From Chiloscyllium plagiosum (taxonomy: Eukaryota): a DNA stretch of 64,000 nucleotides. Under the pieces are notes generated by a model that saw only the letters and a program-made list of their open reading frames with translations, searched no databases and was not told the DNA's origin. Within the stretch, counting starts at the first letter, position 1. Every line of letters starts with the position of its first letter. Both the position numbers and the translations under genes were made by a program. The stretch spans positions 11,635,510-11,699,509 of the forward strand of contig NC_057720.1 of NCBI RefSeq assembly GCF_004010195.1. Direction: 5' to 3'. Positions 12,976 to 26,579 of the stretch are shown one piece after another.

Positions 12976-13729
12976 GTTTGGTAAACAACTTCCAGTCAAA
13001 CCCACTTTGACCAGCTCATACATCAGAAGTCCCAGCGAGGTGCAGCATCACTGGCTGCTTTTTAAGATTCCAGAAGCAAGATTGCATCTTTGACCCTGGG
13101 TTGCCCTGACACTGTTTAATGCCACCTCCAATTCCTTGTGTGACACTGCAGCAGTACAGTGAGAATGCTATTCCGCACGGCTGTGCAATTCATTACCATC
13201 TTCATTCTTGCCTTTGAAAATATATTGACAACTCGCCTGGTCTACTGTTCATTTCATTTACCAGATGATCCAGCCGTGAACAGTGAATATTAAGCAAGTG
13301 GCATCTTAGAGCGGGTTGGGTCATTGGAATCTCCGAGAACCTCTGGGAGTTTCTGTCACACAAGATGTCTCAGATTTTCAATCTTCCATTGGCTGGCCAC
13401 ATAAATTATTTTCCTGGAGGTGAAATTGTCAGTCAAAGACCTGGAGAAGGCTAGCGTCAACAGCTTCAAGCCGAAGCAAAAGATTAAACACATATTTTAC
13501 ATCAAACTATACCAATTTTCTGGGCATAAAAACCTATATCTGTCCTTGACACCACTGTCTTGAAAGAAAGACAGCATCTTGTCACATCTCACAGAAATAG
13601 CCCACGGCAACTTCAACTACAATGAACGGCTGTAAAGAACAGTGACTGCTTTTATCTGATCAAGTCCCTCAGTTCTCCACAAAAACCATGCAACTTTTTC
13701 CTAACCACAATCTGCAATACTCAGTAGGT

Positions 13730-14208
13730 AGAGTACTCAGCACAGAAACAGACCCTTCGGTCCAACTCCTCCATGCTGACCACATTTCCCAAACTATATT
13801 GGTCCCACTTGCCTGCATTTAGCCCATTTCCCTCTAAACCTTGCCTATTCATGTACCTATCCAAATGTTGTTACTGTACCTGCACCCACCACTTCCTCTG
13901 ACAGTTCATTCCACATATGAACCACCCTCTGTGTGAAAAAGTTGCCCCCGAGGTCCCTTTTAAATCATTCTCCCCTCACTTTAAAAATATGCCTTCTAGT
14001 TTTAAACTCGCCCACCCTGCGGTAAAAAAGACCTTTGCTATTCACTTTCTACAGGCCTCATGTGATTCTATAAGCCTCGACAAAGTCACCTCTTCACCTC
14101 CTACACTCCAGTGAAAAAAGTCCCAGCCTATCCAGCCTCTCCTTATATCTCAAACCATACAGTCCCAGCAGCATCCTGGTAAAACCTTTCTGCACTCTCT
14201 CCAATTTG
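13730..14208 (-). mobile_element. CR1 LINE 3' end
   Basis: Minus strand KLERVQKGFTRML...YKERLDRLGLFSLE. Confidence 0.85.
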
Positions 14209-14779
14209 ATCTTGGGCCTGACTTTCCTGGGTCCCCTAACTTGCATAAGCAATGTTGGCCTTACTGGTAGCTCTTTCTTTAAAAGACCATTCTGAATGAT
14301 CTGCATCTCGGCCATTTCTGTTTGGTAATTTAACAGACAAGAGTTTACACTGTGTGTCAGGGCAGCCCTGGGTCGAAGCTGCAACCTTGCTGCTGAAGCA
14401 GCCAACAGACGCTGCACCTGGTTGGGGTTTCTGATGTGCCACAGGGTTAAAAGGCCTCAGCAGGAGGTACTCAATTAATTTGACTGGAAGCTTCTTACAA
14501 AACAGATCTGTGAGCCTTGGGTCAGTCGGATGTTTGCAATTAATATTATCCCTAGACAATGCCCCACTACTTCACAATCTAAAGCAGCATTTAAAGCTGA
14601 CTGCTTTTTCTTTGACCGAACAAATGCTTTATGTATTAGAGGTGTGTCTGACACCAACGTATGTTGCAACAGTACTTAATAGCGACTATGCTGATGCTAC
14701 AAGTGGAAAACGTTGCTCAGAAGAAAATGCCCACAAACCAATGGCTGGGTGAACAAACACAGCATCTGGGTCACTGGAG

Positions 14780-15520
14780 AGAAGGAAGTCCTCGGGAGTG
14801 TTGCTGAACAAAGAGACCTTGAAATGAAGGCTCAGAGCTCCTTGAACGTGGAGTCGCAGGTAGATAGGATAGTGAAGAAGGCGTTTGGCATACTTTCCTT
14901 TATTGGTCAGAGTATTGAGTACAGGAAGTGGGAGGTCATGTTGCGGCTGTGTGGGACATTGGTTAGGCCACTGTTAGAATATTGTGTGCAATTCTGTTCT
15001 CCTTCCTATCAGAAAGATGTTGTGAAACTTGAAAAGGTTCAGAAAAGATTTACAAGGGTGTTGCCAGGGTTGGAGGATTTGAGCTATAGGGAGAGGTTGA
15101 ACAGGCTGGGGCTGTTTTCCCTGGAGCGTCAGAGGCTGAGGGGTGACCTTATTGAAGTTTATAAAATCATGAGGGGCATGGATAGGATAAATAGGCAAAG
15201 CCTTTTCCCTGGGATGAGGGAGTCCAGAATTAGAGGTCATAGGTTTAGGGTGAGAGGGGAAAGATATAAAAGAGACCTAAGGGACAACGTTTTCACTCAG
15301 AAGATGGTACGTGTATGGAATGAGCTGCCAGAGGAAGTGGTGGAGGCTGGTACAATTGCAACATTTAAAAGGCATCTGGTTGTGTATATGAATAGGAAAG
15401 GTTTGGAGGAATATGGGCCAAATGCTGACAAATGGGACTAAATTAGGTTGGGATATCTGGTTGGCATGGACGAGTTGGACCGAAGGGTCTGTTTCCGTGC
15501 TGTACAGCTCTATGACTCTA
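14780..15520 (+). mobile_element. CR1 LINE 3' fragment with open ORF2 C-terminus
   Basis: ORF 14713-15441: LVRPLLEYCVQF...RLRGDLIEVYKIMRG...VWNELPEEVVEA. Confidence 0.93.
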
Positions 15521-15744
15521 ATTTCCAGCTCTGCCTCATACAGCAGCAACATCTTGGTGTCAGCTACAGAATACCATATCTGCGGTAGCGGGTCACAGGT
15601 TCAAGACCCACTCCCTGAGACCTGAGCACATCCTCTTAGGTGACCTTCCAGTGTCGTCCTGAGTGAGCCAACATACACAAGATGTTCAAGATAGATGGAT
15701 ACCATCCCATGGCTCTTGATGGAAGGAGAATCAGGGAGTTATTG

Positions 15745-16055
15745 GGGCGGCACGGTGCTCAGTGGTTAGCACTGCTGCCTCACAGCACCAGGGACCCAGG
15801 TTCAATTCCAGCCTCAAGCAACTGACTGTGTGGAGTTTGCACATTCTCCCCGTGCCTGCTTGGGTTTCCTCCGGGTGCTGCGGTTTCCTCCCACAGTCCA
15901 AAGATGTGCAGGACAGGTGAATTGGCTACGCTAAATTGCCCACAGTGTTAGGTGCATTAGGCAGAGGGAAATGGGTCTATGTGGGTTACTCTTTGGAGGG
16001 TCGGTGTGGACTTGTTGGGCCAAAGGGCCTGTTCCCACACTGTAGGGAATCTGAT
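15745..16055 (+). mobile_element. HE1-type SINE
   Basis: ggcggcacggtgctcagtggttagcactgctgcctcacagc, B-box ggttcaattcc, V-domain-like core. Confidence 0.88.
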
Positions 16056-16582
16056 CATCAGTGCCCTGGTCCAATCAGTTAGAAAACAAAGCAGAGATGC
16101 TGGAAGAGGCCAGTGTACTCACATACATCAACGACTGTAGGCAGATCAAGAGGAAATGAGAAGGGATAACTCATCAGTCACACACCAAGTCTTCAATGAC
16201 GTTGATTAAGGCTCTGCTTCACTGCTGTGGCCGAAGTCAGATTGGACAAACTCCAAACACAATTACAGGAAAGATAGATACAGATTTGGTAGGTTACAGC
16301 ACATTTCACAACTCTACAGAAGAAAGGGAGGTTGGAGATGGGGAAGTGGGGTTTGATTTTTCAAGTCCTCTCAGACTGATGGCAAAGACACATTTTTCAG
16401 ATCCATCTCCACATCCATTGCGCAAAAAGAAAAGAAAATCACACATAGATGTGGTATTTTGAGCCCATCACCACAAATGTCCTGGACAAGTATGTGCTGA
16501 AATAGAATCCACTCAAGGAATAGATGGGCCCTGGAGTTAAATCAATTGCTACAACGTTCAAACAGTGAAGGTTGAATCGTAC

Positions 16583-16658
16583 CTGATGAATTATCTGTGC
16601 CACAGCAAGTTGATCCACATATTTCAGCACTGGAGCTGTCTGGCTTTCTGTTACATCG
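16583..16658 (-). CDS. PIGK: PIGK coding exon (76 bp, probably penultimate)
   Basis: tttattttcag|C GAT...CAG|gtacga. The phase fits the upstream exon (AG+C = Ser). Translates to DVTESQTAPVLKYVDQLAVAQIIHQ, resembling the vertebrate PIGK segment LKYAEQLPVAQIIHQ. Confidence 0.92.
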
Positions 16659-16784
16659 CTGAAAATAAACACAGAAATGTTACAAACCATTTGTTAGCAA
16701 GCTGCTGCAGCAATCAAAGCTCAAAGTTTTAAAACATAAACAATTCTAAATCAAGTAACAAGTTTGAACAATCTCAAGTTAGTC

Positions 16785-17050
16785 CCCTCAAGTGACTGTC
16801 TCTGTGGAGTTTGCACATTCCCCCTGTGTCTGTGTGGGTTTCCTCTGGGTGCTCCGGTTTCGTCCCAAAGACATGCAGCTGAGGTGGGTTGGCCATGCTA
16901 CATTGCCCATAGTGTCCATGAATGTGCAGGCTAGTTGGATTAGCCATGAGAAATGCAGAGTAGGGAGGTGGACCTGGGTGGAACGCTCTGGAGGATCAGT
17001 GTGCATTCGATAGGCTGAATGGCCTGCTTCCATACTGTAGGGATTTTACG
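16785..17050 (+). mobile_element. HE1-type SINE, 5'-truncated
   Basis: Core gtggagtttgcacattc...ggtttcctctgggtgctccggttt. Confidence 0.8.
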
Positions 17051-17759
17051 ATTCGATGAATTTGTCTCCAAGAGTCAGAGAAACACGATGAGGGAGTGTG
17101 ATGTGAAGGGAACTATGGAGAAGGGGAGGCCCAACGTTATGTGTTGGTAGCTGGAAGAGAATTCATGTGGCTCACATGGAAATGGTAAAAAGAAATTAAA
17201 CATATTTCCCTTTGTGGCTCCTTCTCAGAGAGGGTTGCTCAGGTAAGTTGAGCCAAGTGCATGTTAAGGGATCTGAACAACAGATTGTGGATTGCCAGTT
17301 CTTGCTGAGTACATGCTTTGGAGGAAGGGATTTCTGCAGGAAAGATCTTTGTGATATCCCACCCAACAAATGTGGAATATCACCCCACCAAGATGAATCT
17401 CATTGAGCAACACGACGGTGCCTTAATAAAGCCAATGTTAAGAACACCGTTCAACCTTTGGAGTCAATGAGATAACAGTTTGTCTGATTGCAACCTTAAC
17501 TTTACATTCCTGTCTGGAACCATCACACTTCCGTCTGCTCTGCCCCAGCAGGGATTCAATGACCCAGTCTCCAATGCAGAAGAATCCAAACACAAACCAT
17601 CGTCAGAAGAGAAATTCTTGCTTAAATAGGAGACTGCATTATTTTGAAACTGTGCCCAAGAGTGGGAACATTCTCTCAGTACTTACCCTGTCAAATCCCT
17701 CCAGAAACAAAGTGGTGTCAACAAGATCCCCTCTCGTTCCTCCAAACTCCAATGAGCAC

Positions 17760-18064
17760 GGCGGCACAATGGCTGGCACTGCTGCCTCACAGCACCAAGG
17801 ACTGGGGTTTGAGTCCCGCCTCGGGTAACTGTCTGTGTGGAGTTTGCTTGGGTTTCCTCTGGGTGCTCCGGTTTCCTCCCACAATCCAAAGATGTGCAGG
17901 TTAGGTGAATTGGCCATGCTAAATTGCCCATAGTGTTAGGTGCATTAGTCAGGGGTAAATAGAAGATAGGGGAATGGATCTGGTTGGGTTACTCTTCAGA
18001 GGGTCAGTGTGTACTGGTTTGGCCAAATGGCCTGTTTCCATACTGTAGGGAATCTAATCTAATC
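17760..18064 (+). mobile_element. HE1-type SINE nested in a minus-strand CR1-like remnant
   Basis: Same consensus as the other copies; ends gaatctaatctaatc. Confidence 0.85.
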
Positions 18065-18267
18065 GAATGCAGGTTTAAATTCCTCAATTTTGTCTTACGA
18101 GATTATCCCTTCATTCCAGGAATCACAGCATCCCTGCAGTCTGGAAGCAGACCATTTGGCCCATCGACTTCCCTTCCATGAAGCTTCCCACATAAACCTA
18201 TCTTCTCTACACTATCCCTGTAACCCTGCATTTCCAGTGACCAATCCAGCGAGCCTGCACATCTTAG

Positions 18268-18726
18268 CAGGACTTATACACTTAATAGTAAGGTCCTAGG
18301 GAGTATTACTGAACAAAGAGACACATTTTCAGCTCTGATCTCCAACATCTGCAGACCTCACTTTCTCCTTCCCATTTATATACCAATCCAAATGCCTTTT
18401 AAATGTTGCAGTCTCCACCACTTCCTCTGGCAGCTCATTCCATACACTTACCACCTTCTGAGTGAAAACGTTACCCCTTAGGTCTCTTTTATATCTTTCC
18501 CCTCTCACCCTAAACCTATGCCCTCTAGTTCTGGACTCCTCCACCCCAGGGAAAATACTTTGTCTATTTACCCTATCCATGCCCCTCATGGTTTTTATAA
18601 ATGGGAAGGGTTTGGAGGAATATGGGCCGGGTGCTGGCAGGTGGAACTAGATTGGGTTGAGATATCTGATATGCATGGACGAGTTGGACCGAAGGGTCTG
18701 TTTCCATGCTGTACATCTCTATGACC
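18268..18726. mobile_element. Rearranged CR1 3' end with internal inversion and a PLE terminus
   Basis: CR1(+) 18268-18322, PLE end 18323-18368, CR1(-) 18368-18595, CR1(+) 18596-18726. Confidence 0.8.
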
Positions 18727-18916
18727 CTATCCCTGGCGACCATGGGCACTGTTTAGCCTGGTCAATCCACCTAACCTGCACATCTTTAGAGTGTGGGAGG
18801 AAACCCACACAGAGACAATGAGCATTTGCAAACACCACTCAGACAGTGTCCCGAGGCTGGGATCGAACCCTATTACTGAGAGGCAGCAATGCGAATCACT
18901 AAGCCACCATGCCTCC
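18727..18916 (-). mobile_element. HE1-type SINE, partial
   Basis: cctaacctgcacatcttt...ggaggaaacccac...gatcgaaccc. Confidence 0.75.
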
Positions 18917-21504
18917 CAACAAGTGAACCCCAGCCAAGGAAACCTTCTCTGATCCATTTCTAATGCAAGTATAACCCTCCTGAAGCAACATGTTTTTAAA
19001 GATGGACACAACATCGGAAATAACAATAAAATTAGAAGTCAAAGTACAAATGTATGGGTTGTGCCTGCTGGCAGATTGGTTTGGGATAGCTGGTCAGCAT
19101 GGACGGGTTGGACCGAAGGGTCTGTTTCCATGCTGTACATCTCTATGGACTCTATGATATAATTACATTTTTGACTCATGTAAAAACCTGTATGGCATTC
19201 TCTTAAAGTTAAGACAAAGGTGGTAGGAAAGTAACTCTGATGATCCATTGCAAGTGCCATTACACTAATATTTTCTGACTATTTAGTTTCTGGCTATCAG
19301 CTTAACCTACAGCGACAGAGAGGAGGAGAGCTGTGCAACAGCTGCCCAACCAACACTGATAGTTAAAAATGAGCTCTCTATAACAGCCACTGACACAAAC
19401 CACATCCAGCTCCTAAATGCATGCATAAACCCAGGACTCAGAGAATCAATTCCCTTCAGATGTCTGACACTGCTGTGGTGCTGCTATCACCTGTTAAAGA
19501 TGAGAAAGCAGTTTATTCTGAGTCCATGTTCCTGAATTCCTATCGTTTCATTCCACCTTTGAATTTACTTCTTTTTTTAGAAAACAAATACATGGCTGGT
19601 AGCAAATCTCTGAAGATAATTAAATCACCCTCTTGTTGCACGCAGCATTCAACCTGTTTCCTGGAGCTTCATAAACCTTCAAGTGAGTCCACATTATTTG
19701 AGATCCTTCCTAGTGGAAAGCTTTTTGTTTTAAAGTGGAACTCATTATCTTTCCCCACAAGCTCAGACATTATTTCGTTACTGTGACTAATGGTGCAATC
19801 TATATTAAAATTTCTCACTTCACACTCTCTCTCACACACACACAAAAGACCACCACATCTTTTTCACTGATGTGTTTATGGCTCCATTCCATTTTTAAAG
19901 GTTTATTTATTCATGAGATCAGGGTGTGGTTGGCCAGGCCAGCATTTATTGCCCATCAGGCAGTTAAGAGTCAACCACATTGCTGTGGTCTGCAGCCCCA
20001 TGTAGACCAGATCAGGTAAAGATGGCAGATTCCTTCCCTAAAGGACATTGCTGAACCAAATGGGTTCTTCCAGCAATTAACAATGGTCATTCGCTCTCAA
20101 TTCCAGATTTTTAAAATCCAGGTCCCCAAAACATTCGCTGACTTTCTGGATTAACAGTTAATATCACTAGGCCATTGCCTCCCTGCGATTTGGGCTCCCT
20201 ATTATGAGACACATGGGCCGTAGCCTTTTAAAAAAAAGTTACGCTGGAAGATAGAATGCCATAACCTTCTGTCCCAAGTTTAGGTTTCAATGTGGGAGCT
20301 CGTCTCTGGCATTGGTGGATTTTCCCACATGCTATACAGACCCAGAGCATGAACACCACTGGAACTCCCCGTGAGCACCTCTCAGAAGCTCTCTCAACAC
20401 TCAAAAGCCCACACCATCATTTGGGTCCAAGGTGGTTAACTCTTCAGCCCTGTGCAATTCAATTTGCATTTATTTAGCACCTTCAGCGTCCTGAAGCACA
20501 GCACAGGAGTGAGATCAGACAACATTTAGACACTGAATAAAAGTTCTGAAGCAGGACCATTGCTTACTCTCCAGCAATGATGCCAGACCTGCTGAGTTCT
20601 TCCAGCAATATGGGATTTTGTATAACATTCAGAAACTGAGCCATTCTGGGGGATAATAGGTATAGGATCAAAACTGAAATAGATAGGATTTAAGGAGTAT
20701 CTTAAAGGGAAAGGAAGAAAGGTGAACTGAAGATGAGAAATCTAGAGTTAAGGCCTAGTCATCTGAGGCACAACTACTACCAAAAAGAGGTGAAAAACGT
20801 TGTAGCTGATGACAGATAATGGATAGGCACTGTGACCATTTAAGGATCTGCATAAAAAAGATGAGAATTTTCAGTCTGAATTTACAACTGGTGAACAAAG
20901 AAGTGCCTACAGACTGCAGCTCATTATTGATTCCTAGCTCATAGAGAACCAAACCGATGGCCCTTCAAAACCCATCCATCCTCTTATAAGATTTTCTGAA
21001 CAGTTCCCAGTGGCTGTTATGAAGCTGGCTTACTAATGTATTTGTTTTTGTTCTAAGCTGCCAATAAATGCTATGAGAGAATAACAAATAACTTTAGGAC
21101 CAATTGGAAGGTGCGAATCTAATCAGGTGTGGTCATAAATTAGGACAGCAAATTCTCAAAACTAGTAGCACAGTCGCGATTAATGGATTCAGGTACAGAG
21201 TTAACAAATCAGGAGCAGCCAAAGGCAACCCAGGATCTACAATGGTTCACAGAAATGACATTGATTTTAGAGAGGTCTCAGGTTAAAGGATGAGGAGCAT
21301 CAGTGAACCACACAATTTACTTGTTGCTTCACAACCTGACAACAAAATCGGTAATTTGAGAGCTTCTGTGCCCCACACTGGTATGGGTTTCCTGAGCAAG
21401 TAATTGAACTAGACGTCCAAACAACTCTTCAGTTGACCCAGCAACTCAAAACACAGATCACAGTCGCAAACCAAATAGTTTCTGCAGAAGCTGTTCGTAA
21501 ATAA

Positions 21505-21850
21505 GACTCTCGCCTTCGAGTCAGAAGATTGTGGGCTCAAGTCTCACAGCAGTGACTCAAACACAGAACTTACCTGGATATTATTTTGCAGTGCTGAGGG
21601 AGTGCTGCATTGTAGGAGGTGCTGTCTTTCAATTGACATATCAAAGTCAGTCGGCCCTACACCATTCCACCTCATTCTTTCAGATAAACAATGGCTCTCA
21701 GTAGTGTAGTACTGTATATATTAAATTGGAACGAAGGTAAGTTCTCCCTTAGCCAATATTTATCCCTCAACCAAGACCGAAAAACAGATGATCAGATAGT
21801 GTAAAAGTGTAGGACCTCACTGTGTATGAATTAGCTGTTGTATTTCCTAA
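21505..21850 (+). mobile_element. Old Deu-domain (SacSINE1/AmnSINE-like) SINE
   Basis: gagtcagaagattgtgggctcaagtc...gtgctgagggagtgctgcattgtaggaggtgctgtcttt...gccaatatttatccctcaacc. Related copies at about 2150-2370, 24520-24780, 46090-46420, 59715-59955 (-), 61660-61882 (-) and 62930-63272. Confidence 0.6.
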
Positions 21851-23103
21851 CTGAAAGTATTGTACAGCGTAAACACAGACCTTTTCTTCAAGCTGGGGAA
21901 TCTGGAACAAGAAGGAAGAGTCCCAGGGAAAGACTATAATCATTTAGGACTGAGATGAGGAGAAATTTCTTTATTTAAAGGGCTGCGAGTCTTCAGAAGT
22001 CTCCACCCAAGAGCATTGTGGACGTGCTGCCATTCAATGCCGAGGCACAGATTTTTGATCTCACCAAGATTTAAGGGATGTGGCAAGCTGATGGATTGGT
22101 GAAGCTAAAGCAGAGAAACAGCCACGATTGTATACAATAGCAGAACAACACTGAGGAGCCACACAGTTTATTCCTCCTCCTTACCTTCCTATAACAAAAG
22201 AATCGTGTTTCAAAAGTACTTTAGTGCCTCCAAAGGCAGACAGAGGTTTTAGAAATGAAAGTCTGTCTTTCTTTCCCCACAAATACTCTGCTCTTACAGC
22301 CAATATCCACATGTGCTGCCAAGAACAATCTATTACTTAACTTCGTCGTTGCGACTGCTTATTGCCTCTTCCACATTGGAACCGTGGAAGGGGGTCCCCA
22401 CTCCGGGGGAGAGCCTGTGTCAGAAAGGAGTTGGCAGAAAATGGCTGCAGCTCATTAGGACCCTACAAGGTATCAACATTAATGAAGTTCGAAACGCAAA
22501 CAGAAATCAAAGTCCTCTCGGAAGACAGATGAACCCGAGCAGATGCAACTACTAATCTTCATATAAGCCCTACATTATAGTAATTAGAATTAAATGAAGA
22601 GCATCTGGCATGTCATTTACTACACCATTTTGCTTTTGAAATGTGTCTACATTTCCAGGCATGGACAGAATATCAATCATACTCCATTATTTATGAGATA
22701 TTAATGCATCTTTCTTCTTCCTCTTTCGAAGATGCCAACTCTTATGAATCCAGATTCACCTGCACACCCTCATTTTTGCTCCAGCCTTTAGGCACGAACC
22801 AAAACAAAATATACGAGAGAGTAATTCAACCACAGGGGCCATCGCAAACTGAACAAACACAATCACATCTCGTGGTGGCACTCGTTAAAGTTATTCTCCT
22901 GCGGGATGTTGGCATCACCAGCAAGGCCAGTATTTGCTGCCCATCCCTAACTGAGTCTCTCAATCCACCATTTCAGTTAAGAGTCAATCACATTGCTCCG
23001 GGTCTGAAGTCAAACTTTCGCCAAATCAGGTAAGGTTCCAGATCTCCTCTCCTGAAGAACACTGGTGAACCAGATGGACTTTTGCAACAATGATAATTTC
23101 CAT

Positions 23104-23446
23104 GGCAGAGGGGCTCAGTGGTTGGCACTGCTGCTTCACGGCGCCAGGGACCCGGGTTCAATTCCAGCCTCGGGTGACTGTCTGTGTGGAGTTTGCATGT
23201 TCTCCCTTTGTCTGCGTGGGTTTCCTCGAAGTGCTCTGGTTTCCTCCCACAATCCAAGAAAGTGCAGGTTAGGTGAACTGACCATGCTAAATTGCCCATA
23301 GTGTTCAGGGATTAGTAGGCTAGGTGTATTAGTTAGAGGTAATAGGTATAGGGAATGAGTCTGGAAGGGACACTCTTCGGAGGGTCGGTGTGGACTTGTT
23401 GGACCAAATGGCTTTTTTCCACACTGTAGTGATTCTAATTCTAATC
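23104..23446 (+). mobile_element. HE1-type SINE nested in SINE family 2
   Basis: Splits the minus-strand SINE at 22895-23530. Confidence 0.85.
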
Positions 23447-25146
23447 AGACTGTAGTGGTGGGATTTGAACCAGTATTCCCAGGGATTGAATCCAAGCCTT
23501 TGGATTACCAGTGGTAGCACTTTACCACTGTCTCACCAAGCATGCAACAAAGTTCCCTAAGAGAGGGAGTGGTAAGATTCCGGACGTGAATAACGACTGG
23601 AGAATGTTTCCTTCATTAGCCCAGAGGTGGTGGCTCAAACAAATCATGCAATCAGCTAACTCAGGCGGAAATCAGATTTTATTTTAATTCATTCATGGGA
23701 TGAGAGCCAGCATTTATTACCCATCCCTAATTGTCCAGGGGACAGTTACATGTCAACCACATTGCTATGGGTCAGCAGTCACATGGCCAGACCAGGTAAG
23801 AACAGCAGATTTCTTCCCACAAATTTAGTGAACAAGATGTTTTGTCATGACAATCGCATGGTCAGCATTAAATTAGAACTCAATTCCAGGTTTTTAATTA
23901 ATTCAAATTTCATGATTTGCCCTGGTGGTATTCAAACTCATGGCCCCAGAACATGAACCTGGGGGTCTGGATTACTTGTGCAGTGGCATTACCACTACTC
24001 TGCCATCTCCTGCTACAAAGGCGAGAACACACCCAATCAGCTCATCTACTCGTTGCCTGAATCAACTCAGCCCTTAAACAGACCTCTGATGTTTAGTACG
24101 ACATTACGAAGAAATAAAGTAATAACATATATTACTGAATAATCAATAAATCCTCATTAACCTTCATGGGTCAAGGACATCAAGGGTCGTTTCTCAAGGG
24201 ATGAGGCGAGTAGGATCATATATTAGGTTGCAATGAGAGACAAAGGCAGAACCTTCCATTGGATGTCAGAGAGGTCTTTGGCTGGCAGTGTTAGAGGTAA
24301 AAGTCAGCAGTCTTGGTAACAGATAGGATCATCTCTCACTAAAACCATGACAGTTAAATCCAAATTAACATTCCCATGACCACTCGTGCAGACTGGTGAC
24401 CTTCTAGTTTCTGTAGCTCAGCTCCGCACTGTCTTCACACAGAGAGCACCAGTTCACTGAATATCAATAGCGTTTCAGTGCATTGCCCTGGAGGCTTCAG
24501 TAAAGCATTGCTGGCAGCATTAGCTCAGGTGGTATTACTCTCCCTTTTCCATTACAAGGTTGTGCATACATACAGTCAGGGACTTGAGCACAAGATGTGG
24601 GTGACATTTCAGTGTGGTTCTAAGAGAATGGTGCACTGTCTAAACTGACATATTTCAAATATTTCGAAGGAGGCCAGAGGATGTTTTGATCAATAATCAC
24701 TTTTTAAAGAAAAGCATCAGAGTGCAGATTTTGGGAACTGGCTGCATGTGAGTTGGCTGCTATCCAACAATGGTGACCCCATTGGTTGAAAAGCATGTTT
24801 TGTTTTTAGGTACCCTTAGGTCATGAAAAGCACTTCTCTGCACGACTTGCCGAGTTAAACAATTCCTCAGGATGGACGGGGACATTCTGGTGCTGAGGTA
24901 ACTAAACAGTTTAACGCTGGACCCACACACATTGTCAGAGGTGGGGCATAAAGTCATACAGCATGGAAACAGACCATTCAGTCCAACTCGGTCACTCAGG
25001 TGGCTGTCGAATCAGCAGCCAGCTGGGAGAGATGCTCTGTTTCCATCTGCTGTTTTCATTCAACATCCATCTGGATATACCCAAAATGGCTGACCCTTTG
25101 GTGAAATGTTTCCTTTCCAGTTTGGGCATTCTTGGGTGAGAGATAT

Positions 25147-25170
25147 TGTGTGTGTGTGTGTGTGTGTGTG
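25147..25170. repeat. (TG)12 microsatellite
   Basis: Direct reading. Confidence 0.95.
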
Positions 25171-26579
25171 GCCGGGATGGAATGGTGCATTTCTTTCAGG
25201 GAGGTGACAAGAATATATTTGAAGTGATTCCCCCTCCCTCCCGGTAAGCCCTTCCCATAACGAGGCTCATCTTGTGTCAGATAAGATACAGAGCTCATCT
25301 TGTGTCAGACAATGTGGACAGCATGGCCTGGTCATCACAGCTAACTGACTGTACCCAGAGCTTCAATACTGGAGATGCTCAGTCTGAAGTTGATACTGGA
25401 GCGGCTACTCTGCCAGCGGATGTACAGGATTTTGTAAAAGCACTACTGTAGACATTCCTTCAGCTAGACAATTGCCCTGCAGGATATGCCTCAGCAGTGA
25501 CCTCAATAGGAATAGAGATTCACAACTCAATCTCAGGTTATGTCTCCAGCAGATTACAGCCACAAAACGAGTCTTGGGTGACCCACTACCATTCATGTTA
25601 TTAAAATTGATAAGATAATTGTCTCAAACACTGGGTAAAGCAAGATAAATCTGCTTGAATTCCTCATTCACAACGCAATCAAGGAAAATGTCATCAACAT
25701 GTCCATGAAGGATACAAAAGAAAGCAATGATTTTGATAAACAGGCCACCATCAGACCTAATAAATCATCTCCTCTGTGGGTGAGAGACTTGCAGACCTGA
25801 CTCATAAAATGGCCCGTTTCCTGGGAAACCACTGCTTCTATTATGCATTATAAACAGCAATGTAATCTCAATGCCAGCTCATTTTAAGCGAAAGTATTTT
25901 TCCTTAAAAATATAAATCATTTTGAGTCATCCAGAAGCAAACACTACGTATGATTATGCAAAGATTATGAACTTGTTCGATAGGGTAAACAGAGAGATGC
26001 TATCTCCATTTGTGATTGAGACCACAACTAGGGACCGTAAATATGCGACAGAGACTGATAAACCTAGCCAAGGGATTCAGGAGAAACTCCTTAGCCAGAG
26101 AGTGGTTAGAATGTGCAACTTGTGGCCACATGAAGTGGTTCAGATGGTTAGCTGGATAGGAAATGCACTGAAGCAGTGCAGAAACAAGTTTTTCCACAGG
26201 TTTATTCTAGTTTTTATAGTCCATGTGAGCTCATTGCATCCTACATCAATCAACCCCAACAACACATCCTTCTATATTCTGTTCTTGTTGATGTAATTTT
26301 CTCTACATTGACCCCCCCTCTGTCAGACTACATCATTTAAAACTGTTGTCAGGCCACCTCACAGCTTTCTCTTTGTTTTCCCAAAATGGAAAAGACCATC
26401 TCCCCTCACCAACAAGATTATTTCAGCCTTTTCTGATAAGTGTACCTTTTCTGCTCCAACATTGCAATTGGAAGTCTTACTTTGCACCTTGCTACAGTCT
26501 CCAGACTCTTTGTAAAATATGAAGTGTGCCCTACACTTCCTCAGAGCAGTGGAGGTGCCCATGTTGGACTGGGGTGAAC

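Noticed and set aside
14713..15441. 242-aa ORF as a host gene or active LINE
   Set aside because: It is only the C-terminal part of a 5'-truncated CR1 ORF2, without the endonuclease or RT core.
1..16582. Terminal PIGK exon (DWHPP...transmembrane segment)
   Set aside because: A manual scan of the minus strand found no matching frame; it is presumed to lie left of the window, though a diverged exon could have been missed.
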